This document shows positions 49,594 through 59,586 of a stretch of 64,000 nucleotides of DNA, one piece after another. Numbering within the stretch: the stretch's first letter is position 1; each line of letters opens with the position of its first letter. This DNA comes from Patescibacteria group bacterium (GTDB taxonomy: Bacteria > Patescibacteriota > WWE3 > UBA101185 > UBA10185). Made by a program: the position numbers and the translations under genes. The stretch lies in contig BPJL01000002.1 of the NCBI GenBank assembly GCA_026004595.1, positions 1,431-65,430 of the forward strand, in the 5' to 3' direction. Under the pieces are notes generated by a model. The model saw only the letters and a list, made by a program, of their open reading frames with translations, was not told the origin of the DNA and made no database searches.

Positions 49594-49600
49594 AAAGCAT

Positions 49601-49640
49601 AATCTAGGTTATTGCAATTTACATTACAATATGTTAAATT
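49601..49640. promoter_or_regulatory. Overlapping divergent promoters (radC operon / XRE) with an imperfect palindrome
   Basis: Plus strand TTGCAA-N17-TAAATT; minus strand TTGTAA-N17-TAGATT; TTGCAAT-ttac-ATTACAA inverted repeat. Confidence 0.5.
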
Positions 49641-49655
49641 CTAATCCTACCAGCT

Positions 49656-49931
49656 ATGTCCGAAATTGGTGTTAAGATAAGGGAGATAAGAAATTCACAC
49701 CGCCTTTCGCAATACAGATTTGGAAAAAAATTGGGAATTTCAGGTAAAACTGTTTCCGCTTATGAAACGGGAAGAGCTATTCCGCCCGAGAAAATAATAA
49801 ACCTGATCTCCGAAGTTTTTTCGTGCCCGATCATCTATATGAACAAGCAGGAGAAATGCCGTTTGAAAGACCAAATAGTCACTATTAAAAGCTTTATAGA
49901 TAATTTGGAAAAAGTGTTGTTCGGTAGTTAA
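49656..49931 (+). CDS. XRE-family HTH transcriptional regulator
   Basis: IREIR..LSQ..FGKKLGISGKTVSAYETG..PP. Confidence 0.88.
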   Translation: MSEIGVKIREIRNSHRLSQYRFGKKLGISGKTVSAYETGRAIPPEKIINLISEVFSCPIIYMNKQEKCRLKDQIVTIKSFIDNLEKVLFGS

Positions 49932-50353
49932 CGTTTTGAGTATTGAGGAGCTTTTCTTGCCTTGTGAAGATAAGGCTTCTTTCTTTCAACCATTCTCGAG
50001 TCTCTTGTGAGTAGCCCCTGTTTTCTAAGCATGGAAGAATATTCTTCATTCATTGATGCCAAGGCTACTGATATTCCATGAGCTACGGCTCCTAGCTGAG
50101 ATGATTTTCCCGAACCTGATACTTTTATTGTTGCCCTGAATTTCGCTTTTGGGTGGGACACCCCGATAATATGAAAGGGTTTTGTCCACACCACTTGTTC
50201 TTTTTCGGTAGGGAAGTAATCATTTATGTCCCTTCCATTGACGGTCATGTCGCCCTTCTCATCCCAAAGGAAAACTCTGGCAACGGCGGTCTTTCTCCTT
50301 CCGGTGCCTGTGTAAAATTTTTCTTTTATTTTGTCTTTTTTTTCTTCGTTCAT
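49928..50353 (-). CDS. rpsI: 30S ribosomal protein S9
   Basis: GTGRRKTAVARV, LTRDSRMVERKK, QYSKR. Confidence 0.97.
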   Translation of the reverse strand: MNEEKKDKIKEKFYTGTGRRKTAVARVFLWDEKGDMTVNGRDINDYFPTEKEQVVWTKPFHIIGVSHPKAKFRATIKVSGSGKSSQLGAVAHGISVALASMNEEYSSMLRKQGLLTRDSRMVERKKPYLHKARKAPQYSKR

Positions 50354-50354
50354 T

Positions 50355-50780
50355 CTACTTTGCCGCCTCCTGGGCTTTGTGCGGATGCTCCGGACCAACA
50401 TATACATGGAGGTTTGACATCCTTTCTTTTCTAAGTTTATTTTTGGGAAGCATTCCTTCAACCGCCCTTATTAAAATTTGTCTCGGGTCTTTTTCAAAAA
50501 CCTTCTCCATTTTTTGGACCCTTAATCCTTTGGGGTACCCGGTATGATGTATGTAGGTTTTCTTTTTCATTTTGTTGCCAGTGAGCGCTATTTTTTCAAC
50601 GTTGGTTACCACAACAACTCCTCCTGTATTTTGGTTGGGGGAAAACATAGGGGTGTTTTTCCCGATGAGCACTTTTGCGATTTCGGACGCAAGCATACCC
50701 AAAACTTTGTTTGAGGCATCGAAAAAATACCACTTTCTATCATTTATTTTTTTAGCGCTTGTAGTCTTATTGTTTGTCAT
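50355..50780 (-). CDS. rplM: 50S ribosomal protein L13
   Basis: RKWYFFDA, HTGYPKG, GMLPKN, HPHKAQ. Confidence 0.97.
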   Translation of the reverse strand: MTNNKTTSAKKINDRKWYFFDASNKVLGMLASEIAKVLIGKNTPMFSPNQNTGGVVVVTNVEKIALTGNKMKKKTYIHHTGYPKGLRVQKMEKVFEKDPRQILIRAVEGMLPKNKLRKERMSNLHVYVGPEHPHKAQEAAK

Positions 50781-51255
50781 TTTGTGCTTTGTTCACCTTT
50801 CCCTTTTTGTCCTTTTTTTCGGCCGGTTTCTTTTCGCCCTTTTTATTTGCTTCTTTTATAGGAGCGTCTTTCGTTTCAGAAGGCAGAAGTTCTATTCTTG
50901 CCGTTTTTGCATTATCTCCGACTCTATTGCCCGTCTTTATTATTCTAGTGTATCCTCCCGGTCTTTTATGGAACCTTTCGGCGATTTCGCCGATAAGCTT
51001 TTTTACGGCGCTATCGTTCCCAAGTTCGCGTTTTAATGTTTTGACAGTATTAAACAAAACTACCTTGTCTTCGGATCTAAAGCTTTTCTTCGCCTTAGTT
51101 ATGATTTTCTCAACAAATGGCTTTACAAATTTCGCTTTCTCAAGAGTAGTGTTTACTCTTTCGTGCAGTATAAGCTCGGATGCCAGATTCTTTGCCAAGG
51201 ATTGTCTATGCTCGGCAGTTCTTCCCATTTTCTTTTTCTCTATGCGGTGTCTCAT
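50767..51255 (-). CDS. rplQ: 50S ribosomal protein L17
   Basis: MRHR, TTLEKAK, RPGGYTRI. Confidence 0.97.
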   Translation of the reverse strand: MRHRIEKKKMGRTAEHRQSLAKNLASELILHERVNTTLEKAKFVKPFVEKIITKAKKSFRSEDKVVLFNTVKTLKRELGNDSAVKKLIGEIAERFHKRPGGYTRIIKTGNRVGDNAKTARIELLPSETKDAPIKEANKKGEKKPAEKKDKKGKVNKAQNDKQ

Positions 51256-51272
51256 ACGCTGGTTGGTTTAAA

Positions 51273-52196
51273 TTATCTAAGTCCCTCTTTCTTAAGAAGC
51301 TTTTTTATTTCTTCAAGAGATTTTTCGCCGAGATTTTTAATGTCGGCTATTTCTTCATCAGACTTCTTTGCCAATTGCTTTAGTGTATCCACCCCATGTT
51401 TTTTGAGTGCATTTATTGTCCTTGTTTGAAGAGGTAGTTCGTCTACGGCCACATCTTCCACATCTACAATGACGGGTTCTTCAGTTTCTAGCTGCTTTCC
51501 TTTAGCGCCTTCAATTTCCCATTTCTCAAACATTTCATAGTATCCTTTGAGAATCCCCGATGCTTTGATGATCGCCTCTTTTGGTGAAATACTTCCATCG
51601 GTTTCCACAGTAATCAAGAGCTTATCCAGATCTGTTTTGTCGCCAAACCTTGTGGGCTCAACAGAATATGTAACATTTATGACAGGAGAAAACAAGGCGT
51701 CGAGGACTATAACTCCAATTTTTGAGGTTTGTCTTTCTTCCATTGGCGAATATCCGGTTCCCGGTTCAACTACAAGCTCAATATTAATCTCGCTCTTTGA
51801 GTCGGCAAGGGTCGCTATGTGGAGATCCTTATTCATTACCTCAAGATCAGAGGGCATATCTATGTCCTTTGCCGTTACTTCTCCTGCGCCTTTCTTTTTT
51901 ATTGTTGCTACTACAGGATTATTTGTGTGAATCTTAAACCTAAGTTTTTTGATGTTAAGTGTAAGCTGAACAATGTCCTCTTTTATGCCAGGGAGGGTAG
52001 TAAATTGATGAGACGCTCCCGCTATTTTAATCTGGGTCACAGCGGCTCCTTCTATCTCTGTAAGCAGGACTCTTCTTAAAGCGTTTCCTAAAGTATGCCC
52101 GAAGCCTGTTGGAAGCGGTTCTACTGAATAAGTACTAAGCTTACCCCCCTCATTTATGGGGTTTATTTTTAAATTTTCTTTGATAGCTAATATCAT
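51273..52196 (-). CDS. rpoA: RNA polymerase alpha subunit
   Basis: EPLPTGFGHTLGNALRRVLL, DALFSPV, KNLGEKS. Confidence 0.98.
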   Translation of the reverse strand: MILAIKENLKINPINEGGKLSTYSVEPLPTGFGHTLGNALRRVLLTEIEGAAVTQIKIAGASHQFTTLPGIKEDIVQLTLNIKKLRFKIHTNNPVVATIKKKGAGEVTAKDIDMPSDLEVMNKDLHIATLADSKSEINIELVVEPGTGYSPMEERQTSKIGVIVLDALFSPVINVTYSVEPTRFGDKTDLDKLLITVETDGSISPKEAIIKASGILKGYYEMFEKWEIEGAKGKQLETEEPVIVDVEDVAVDELPLQTRTINALKKHGVDTLKQLAKKSDEEIADIKNLGEKSLEEIKKLLKKEGLR

Positions 52197-52213
52197 TTTT
52201 CCTCCTATAAAAA

Positions 52214-52816
52214 TTACCTTGAATAGAACTCAATAATTGATTGCATATCTACTTTCTCTTGCGTATCTTCAGCATTTGGAAGCCTCAAATATTTTACATA
52301 TCTTTCTTTTGTGTTGGCTTCGAGCCATTCGGGAAGGACGAAACCTTCTCTAAGGTGTATCTTTTCAAAACTCACCGGTTTTATGATGTCGCCTATTTTC
52401 AAAATTCTGGAAGGGATGTTTTCTTTCTTACCATTTACCGTAAATAAACCTCTCCTTATAAACTGTCTGGCTTGAGCTCTTGACACAGCAAAACCACTTC
52501 TATAAACCATATTGTCAAGCCTGGATTCGAGAAGTCTTGTCAATATTTCTCCCGAAACACCTTTGGCTGACAGAGCTTTGTTCACGTAGTTTTTGAACTG
52601 CTTTTCCAGAAGCCCGTAAATTCTTTTGGCTTTTTGCTTCTCTCTAAGCTGTTTTCCGTACTCCGACATTGACTTTCTTCTTGTGCCGTGCATTCCCGGC
52701 GCTTGGGCCTTTTTGGTAATAGGGCATTTTTCCGACTCACATTTCGAGCCCTTGAGGTAAAGCTTGACCCCTTCTCTCCTACAGAGTCTACATTTTGCGT
52801 CAGTATATCTAGCCAT
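52214..52816 (-). CDS. rpsD: 30S ribosomal protein S4
   Basis: MARYT..CRLCRREG, LESRLDN, IIEFYSR. Confidence 0.98.
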   Translation of the reverse strand: MARYTDAKCRLCRREGVKLYLKGSKCESEKCPITKKAQAPGMHGTRRKSMSEYGKQLREKQKAKRIYGLLEKQFKNYVNKALSAKGVSGEILTRLLESRLDNMVYRSGFAVSRAQARQFIRRGLFTVNGKKENIPSRILKIGDIIKPVSFEKIHLREGFVLPEWLEANTKERYVKYLRLPNAEDTQEKVDMQSIIEFYSR

Positions 52817-52818
52817 AA

Positions 52819-53211
52819 TTAAACTCTCCTTTTCTTTTTAGGCCTGCACCCATTGTGGGGGATAGGAGTAAGATCGGAAATGGATACTACGTTAAGACCC
52901 GAGGTTTTTAAGGCTTTTATTGATGAAATTCTGCCTAATCCCGGACCCTTTACAAAAACTGATACATCTCTTAAGCCTGCTTTTGAAGCTTGTGACCCGG
53001 CCATTTCAGCGGCCTTGGTTGCTGCATAGGGAGTGGATCTTCTTGATCCCTTAAAACCCGCGCTGCCCGAACTTGCTGAAAACAAAGTATTTCCATCGGA
53101 GTCGGTTACTGTGACTATGGTGTTGTTCATACCTGCAGTTATGTACACCTTTCCTGCAGTTGGTATTTTTCTTTCTTTATTTTTCTTTGCTTTTGAGCTT
53201 TTTTGAGCCAT
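52819..53211 (-). CDS. rpsK: 30S ribosomal protein S11
   Basis: NNTIVT, STPYAA, PHNGCRP. Confidence 0.98.
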   Translation of the reverse strand: MAQKSSKAKKNKERKIPTAGKVYITAGMNNTIVTVTDSDGNTLFSASSGSAGFKGSRRSTPYAATKAAEMAGSQASKAGLRDVSVFVKGPGLGRISSIKALKTSGLNVVSISDLTPIPHNGCRPKKKRRV

Positions 53212-53225
53212 ATTTTATTTACTGA

Positions 53226-53612
53226 TTATTTCTTGGCCAGTTTCTTTTTCTGACCGCCTACAGTCTTTCTTTTACCTTTTCTTGTTCTGGCATTGGTTCT
53301 TGTTCTTTGTCCCCTTACGGGAAGTCCTGACAGGTGCCTTAAGCCCCTGTAGGCCTTTATTTCCTGCAGTCGTCTTATGTTTTGATTTACCAATCTTTTA
53401 AGCTCCCCTTCAACTGGAATTTCCATAGCTGCAATTGCTGCGTTTATCTTTGCAATATCCTCATCTGTTAGGTTCTTGGCCCTAATATCGGGAGAGATTC
53501 CGGCCTTGTCCAAAATTTTTCTGGACATGGTTGAGCCTATTCCGTATATATACCTCAAAGAGGCCTCAATTCTTTTTTCTCCAGGTATGTCCACACCTTT
53601 TACTCTAGGCAT
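53226..53612 (-). CDS. rpsM: 30S ribosomal protein S13
   Basis: [27 protein letters not shown]. Confidence 0.98.
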   Translation of the reverse strand: MPRVKGVDIPGEKRIEASLRYIYGIGSTMSRKILDKAGISPDIRAKNLTDEDIAKINAAIAAMEIPVEGELKRLVNQNIRRLQEIKAYRGLRHLSGLPVRGQRTRTNARTRKGKRKTVGGQKKKLAKK

Positions 53613-53615
53613 AAT

Positions 53616-53732
53616 TTATCCCTGTCTTTGTTTATGTTTAGGGTTTCTTTTGCATATTACCCTAACCTTTTTATTTCTAATAATTACTTTGCAATCTTTA
53701 CAGATTGCCTTTACAGATGATCTTACCTTCAT
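53616..53732 (-). CDS. rpmJ: 50S ribosomal protein L36 (not in the ORF track)
   Basis: [38 protein letters not shown], zinc-binding form. Confidence 0.97.
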   Translation of the reverse strand: MKVRSSVKAICKDCKVIIRNKKVRVICKRNPKHKQRQG

Positions 53733-53780
53733 AAATACCTTTCAAGCTTCTAATTTTCTGTTGCTTACAGCAACATCAGT

Positions 53781-53999
53781 TTATTTAAGCCTATAAATGA
53801 TCCTTCCTCTTGTAAGGTCGTGGGGAGAGAATTCTATTCTGACTCTGTCCCCAGGCAAAACCCTAATGTGGGCTTTCCTCATTTTACCCGAAACTACGGC
53901 TAAAGCTGTAGTTTCGTCGTCAAACTCAACCGTGAACATCCCTCCCATATGAGTTTCAGTTATTTTTCCGTCTTTTGTTACTACCTCTTTTGTACTCAT
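53781..53999 (-). CDS. infA: Translation initiation factor IF-1
   Basis: [27 protein letters not shown]. Confidence 0.97.
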   Translation of the reverse strand: MSTKEVVTKDGKITETHMGGMFTVEFDDETTALAVVSGKMRKAHIRVLPGDRVRIEFSPHDLTRGRIIYRLK

Positions 54000-54183
54000 T
54001 TAGCTTTTAGTCTTAACGAACGCGCTTGATTGTAGCAGAAGCTTCAATATCGGTCAATAATACAAAAAAGGCACATAAGAACGATGCAGAGTGCCGTTTT
54101 TTTGGCATTACATTGACTTTTGCGGTTGCGAAACTTATATTACCATTGTATATGTAAAAATCAATAAAAAGGGGTTTTTTGTA

Positions 54184-55455
54184 ATGCTAGACATTAATTT
54201 TATTAAAGCAAATGTGGATCTGGTCAAAAAAGCGGTGAGAGAGAAGGGCTTGGAAGGTACTGTATCGATTGATAAATTAATTGAAACCCACACTCGCTAC
54301 ATCGATGCTTTAAAGAGAGTAGAAACGCATAGAGCATTAAAAAACAAACTTTCTGAAGATATTTCAAAAGCTAACGCTTCGGAGAGGGAAAAGCTTATAA
54401 CCGAGGCGACTTCGGTTAAAGAGGAGTTGTCGAAATACGAAAAGGAACTGGACGAAATCAAGTTTGCGTTTGACAAGATGATGCTTTGGGTTCCCAATGT
54501 GCCCTCTGACGATGTTCCTATAGGTAAGGATGAAAACGATGACAAGGTCGTTAGAACTGTTGGATCTATCAGGGATTTTGGTTTCAGGCCCAAAGATCAT
54601 ATTGATCTAGGAGCAGCATTGGATGTTATAGATCTGGAAAGAGGTGCCAAAATAGCCGGATTTAGGGGATATTTCTTAAAGGGAGAGGCGGCGGAGCTTG
54701 AGCAAGCCCTCTTAAAATATGCCTGCGGCGTGATGAAGGAAGCGGGGTTCACTTTTATGTCGGTTCCTTGGATAGTAAAGCCCGAATTTTTTATCGGAAC
54801 AGGTTACTTCCCATGGGGAGAAGATGATCACTACAGGTTAGAAGAGGATAAGGCTTTAATAGGGACGGCGGAGGTATCCCTTACCTCATACTATGCTGGG
54901 GAGATTCTCGAGGAAGCTGATCTTCCTGTCAAGCTTTATGGATTGAGCCCATGCTTTAGAAAGGAAATAGGAGCCTATGGGAAGGATACCAAGGGTATTT
55001 TTCGACTACACCAATTCTATAAAGTTGAGCAGATGGTTCTTACGACTGCTAACGAAGAGATAACAAGAGAGTGGCACGAAAAAATGCTCGGTTATTCTGA
55101 AAAAGTCCTTGAGGGTCTTAATCTTCCCTATAGGGTTGTCTTGAAGTGTACTGGAGAGATTGGGGCTGGGCAGGTTAAAAAATATGATTTGGAAACATGG
55201 TTTCCTTCTCAGGAGAGATACCGAGAAACACACTCCGATTCTTATTTTAGAGATTTCCAATCTCGGAGGTTGAATATAAGGTATAGAGATTCCAACGGAG
55301 ATCTAAAGTATGTCTATACCCTGAACAATACTGTAGCAGCCTCGCCCCGTCTTCTGGCTGCTATTTTGGAGAATTACCAAAATGCAGATGGAAGTGTAAT
55401 TGTTCCTGAGGTTCTTAGACCCTACGTCGGTTTTGATAAAATCCTGCCCAAGTAG
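54184..55455 (+). CDS. serS: Serine--tRNA ligase
   Basis: MLDINFI, GTAEV, FRKE, FRLHQFYKVE, ENYQ. Confidence 0.97.
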   Translation: MLDINFIKANVDLVKKAVREKGLEGTVSIDKLIETHTRYIDALKRVETHRALKNKLSEDISKANASEREKLITEATSVKEELSKYEKELDEIKFAFDKMMLWVPNVPSDDVPIGKDENDDKVVRTVGSIRDFGFRPKDHIDLGAALDVIDLERGAKIAGFRGYFLKGEAAELEQALLKYACGVMKEAGFTFMSVPWIVKPEFFIGTGYFPWGEDDHYRLEEDKALIGTAEVSLTSYYAGEILEEADLPVKLYGLSPCFRKEIGAYGKDTKGIFRLHQFYKVEQMVLTTANEEITREWHEKMLGYSEKVLEGLNLPYRVVLKCTGEIGAGQVKKYDLETWFPSQERYRETHSDSYFRDFQSRRLNIRYRDSNGDLKYVYTLNNTVAASPRLLAAILENYQNADGSVIVPEVLRPYVGFDKILPK

Positions 55456-55481
55456 AAAATAATTTGATAGTATGGCTTAAT

Positions 55482-56171
55482 ATGAATATCTTTGACGGGA
55501 TCCAGCTTCCTAAGATTATCTACGAGGCAGAATCAAAATATAACGGCAAAATTGAGGTATGGGAGGTCGGTAAAACCCGAAAAATAAAGGTTGAAAAGAT
55601 TGATCAGTCAATCTCTCACAAATCTTCCTCGGCAAACAGGTTGGTGTGGGGCAAGGTTGTAGAAATTTTGGAGGAAAATGCTCCCGATTTGCAGAAAGTT
55701 TTAATATTGGGTTTGGGTGGGGGTACGATGGCTCACATAATCTCAGAAAGATTTAATCATCCCGAAATTGTGAGTGTGGAAATTGATCCTGTTATGATAG
55801 ATATAGCGAGAAAATTTTTTGATTTAGATTCGATACCAAACCATAGGGTTATAGAGGCAGATGCTTTAAGAGTAACTATCGAACCCGAAGATTATGACCT
55901 CGAAGAAGAATATTTCAATGTTGTGATTGTTGATATATTTAATGGTGAGAAATATCCCGATTTGGGAAAGTCGGGAAACTTTATCGCTTCAGTTAAAAGG
56001 TTGGTGAGGCCGGGAGGCCTTTTAATTTTTAACCGAATTTATTTAGACCATCATCAAGATGATGTGAATATATTTATAGAATACCTTGGGGATTTTTTAC
56101 ATAATGTTACATGTCTGGTTGTTGCGGGGTATACAAATTCTGACAACGTTCTCATCTACGGGAAAGTTTGA
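55482..56171 (+). CDS. Spermidine synthase-like SAM-dependent transferase
   Basis: VLILGLGGG, VEIDP, ADA, IIVDIF, PGG. Confidence 0.8.
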   Translation: MNIFDGIQLPKIIYEAESKYNGKIEVWEVGKTRKIKVEKIDQSISHKSSSANRLVWGKVVEILEENAPDLQKVLILGLGGGTMAHIISERFNHPEIVSVEIDPVMIDIARKFFDLDSIPNHRVIEADALRVTIEPEDYDLEEEYFNVVIVDIFNGEKYPDLGKSGNFIASVKRLVRPGGLLIFNRIYLDHHQDDVNIFIEYLGDFLHNVTCLVVAGYTNSDNVLIYGKV

Positions 56172-56180
56172 TTTTTTGAC

Positions 56181-56983
56181 ATGACTATTTTTCAAGCTCT
56201 AATGATGGGTATTGTGCAGGGGCTGACAGAGTTTATCCCCGTTTCGTCTTCGGGGCATCTTGTAATTTTTCCAAAGCTTTTAGGATGGGAAGATAGCGGC
56301 TTGGCTTTTGATACTGTGCTTCATATGGGAACTCTACTTGCTCTTCTCGTCTATTTTTCCAGTGATTTGAAAGGGTTTTTCTGTGTCTTTTGTGAAAGAT
56401 TTGAAAAAAAGGATTTAAAAGTATTGAGAGTGAAACCCGTTTTCTTTTTTGGCTTATTCTTGCAACACTTCCTGCGGGTCTTGCAGGTTTACTTCTTGAA
56501 AATTTTATTGAAAGCAAATTTAGGAGCATTTTGAGTGTTGCTGTTTTTCTTTTGCTGGGGTCGGTTCTTATGTATTTTGCGGATAGAAAGGTGGGGGGCA
56601 AAAATCTAAGACCTAGTTTGAAGAATATTTTTACCGTCGGTCTATTTCAATGTCTAGCGCTCTTTCCCGGGGTTTCAAGATCGGGGGCGACGATTTCGGG
56701 GGGGCTTTTTGTTGGTTTTGATCGGGAGCTCGCCGCGAGAATTTCCTTTCTTTTGTCTATACCTGTGATAGCCGTTGCGGGTCTTTTCCAACTGCCGGTT
56801 GCGCTTTTACAATTTTCCGGAGAAGATTTGGGGGTGTTGGCGGCTGGGTTTTTTTCTAGTGCAGCCGCGGGCTACTTTTCTGTATACGTGCTTTTGAAAT
56901 TCTTAAAAAAGAATAGCCTTAGATCTTTCATTATTTATCGAGTTGTGCTCGGTGTCTTTCTAATTTTATTGCATTATTCTTAA
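56181..56983 (+). CDS. uppP: Undecaprenyl-diphosphatase, broken by indels
   Basis: [15 protein letters not shown] and [13 protein letters not shown] in two ORFs. Confidence 0.9.
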
Positions 56984-57023
56984 GAAAAACTGTACAGCTT
57001 TCGGTGCTATAATCAACTTCGAT

Positions 57024-59574
57024 ATGTTTAAGTTTTTCGGCGATCCTAACGAGAAACAACTGAATAGGATTAGACCCATTGTTGCGGAGATCAATTCCTT
57101 GGAGGATTCTGTCCAAAAACTTTCTCAAGAAAAGATGAGAGAGAGAGTATTGGAGTGGAAGGCACAGCTTAGAGGTCTTGATTATGAAGAGCAAGAAAAG
57201 CTGATGAGAAAAAATCCTTCCCGAGGCCTTTGCCTTTGTCCGTGAGGCATCGGTTAGAACATTGGAAAAGAGGCACTTTGATGTGCAGTTAATGGCAGGT
57301 GTCGTTTTTACACGAGGGAAAAATTTCGGAACAGAAAACTGGAGAAGGAAAAACTTTGACCGCGACCCTACCTCTTTTTCTAAACTCCTTGACTGGGCGC
57401 GGGGTTCATTTGGTAACTCCCAATGATTATCTTGCACGCCACGGTGCTGGTTGGATGGGACCTATTTATGACTACCTTGATATAAGTGTTGGAGTAATTA
57501 TGCAAGAGAGGGCGTTTGTGTATGATAGTACATTCAAAGGAACTGAGTTTGAAGATATTTATGCTATTCATTTGAAAGAGGTTTCAAGGCAGGAAGCTTA
57601 TAAATGCGATGTTGTTTACGGAACTAATCATGAATTTTGGGTTTGACTACCTTCGGGATAACATGGTGTACAACCTTGAAGCTATGGTGCAGACAAATCC
57701 AAATGGAGAGTTTGGGGTTCATAATTTTGCGATAGTTGATGAAGTTGACTCTATATTAATAGATGTTGCTAGAACCCCCCCTTATTATTTCTTCTGCTGA
57801 TGCTAAACCATCTTCACGGTATTATGATGCTGATCGCATTGTTAAAACTCTCGCCAAGGGTATTGACTACGAAGTTGAAGAAAAATTCAGAAACGTCACT
57901 TTAACAGATTTAGGAATAAGACGAGTTGAGAGGCTTTTGGGGGTTGAGAATCTATACGAACAGGATTTTGAAATGGTCCATTTGATAGAAGAGGCTCTCA
58001 CAGCTCATGCTTTATATGAAAAAGATAGAGATTATGTGGTGAAAGACGGAAAGGTAATTATAGTTGATCAATTCACAGGAAGACTTCTGCCAAACAACAG
58101 GTTTTCCCACGGATTACACCAGGCTATTGAGGCAAAAGAAGGTGTAGAGATTCAACAAGAATCCAAAACTTTAGCTGAAATTTCCTATCAAAATTATTTT
58201 AGAATGTACAAGAAACTGGCGGGCATGACAGGTACGGCAGCTACCGAAGCTGAAGAGTTTTACAAAATCTATAAGCTGGAGGTTGTAGTTATCCCAACCA
58301 ACAAGCCGAATATAAGAAAAGATCATAACGATGTGATTTACAAAACGGAAAGCGCGAAGTTTAAGGCTGTAGCTGATGATATTGCTGAGAGGCATGCTAG
58401 GGGCCAGCCAGTTCTTGTTGGAACAACTTCTGTGGAGAAAAGTGAACAATTGCACGCACTGTTGGTAAGAAGGAAGATACCCCACGAAGTATTAAATGCA
58501 AAAAACCACGAAAAGGAAGCTTTGATAATAGCTCAAGCAGGGAGAAAAGGTGCTGTGACAATTTCAACAAACATGGCTGGACGAGGGGTCGATATTGTTT
58601 TGGGTGGAGATCCTCCAGACGAAGAGCAGCAGAAAGAAGTGTTGGAAAAAGGCGGATTGTATGTTATAGGCACCGAACGCCACGAGTCGAGGAGAATAGA
58701 TAATCAGTTGAGAGGTCGGGCAGGAAGGCAGGGGGATCCTGGCGAAACCAGATTTTATGTCTCATTGCAGGACGATCTAATGAGAGTTTTCGGTGGCGAA
58801 CAGGTGAGCAGGCTGATGGATCGCTTTGGTATCGATGAGACTATTCCACTTGAGGCCGGACTTGTTACCAGATCAATTGAAAGTGCCCAGAAAAAAGTTG
58901 AAGGCTTTAACTTTGACAGAAGGAAAAATGTTGTGGAAATGGACGACGTTATTAACGTTCATCGCGAGGTTATTTACAAACTGAGAAGAAGAATTTTGGA
59001 ATTAGGAGCGGGGATCACGACCAATAAAGAATGGATAATTGGCAAATTATCTTCAATGTCAGTATTGAGCTCGGAGTTGTGGGAGCAAAAAGAAAGAGAA
59101 TTTGGGGAGGAAACTTGGTATAAGATCGTTTCGGATTGGAGCCTTAGGGTGATAGATAATTTCTGGATGGATCACCTGGTTGATATGGATCAAGTTCGGG
59201 AAGGAATAGGTTTAAGGGGCTATGCTCAGAGAGATCCAATGGTTGAATACAAAAAGGAAGGGCACGAGAGATTTGAAATTTTGTTGGCAAGAATTTATTC
59301 AACAATAGGTGAGCGCCTTGAAAAGGCAACGACAGATTCTGTAGTAAGAGTATCTCCTTCAGAGAGCCAGCTTTTGGCCAGAGCAAACTACCTTCACGGT
59401 GATTTTGAAAGCGGTGTCAGAGACGAGATGGGTCAGGCTTCTCCTCGTTTTGTTGATCCTTTGGGAAGAGTTGTTAAAGTTCAAGCTGTAACTTCCGGCA
59501 AAGAAAAAGTGGGAAGAAACGACCCGTGCCCATGTGGTAGCGGGAAGAAGTATAAGAATTGCCATGGAAGATAA
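57024..59574 (+). CDS. secA: Preprotein translocase SecA, broken by indels in the 5' third
   Basis: [49 protein letters not shown] across four ORFs. Confidence 0.95.
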
Positions 59575-59586
59575 ATTATAGTGCTT

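Noticed and set aside
48910-49931. radC plus XRE as a prophage/ICE remnant
   Set aside because: Full-length chromosomal-type RadC, no mobility genes, flanked by core genes
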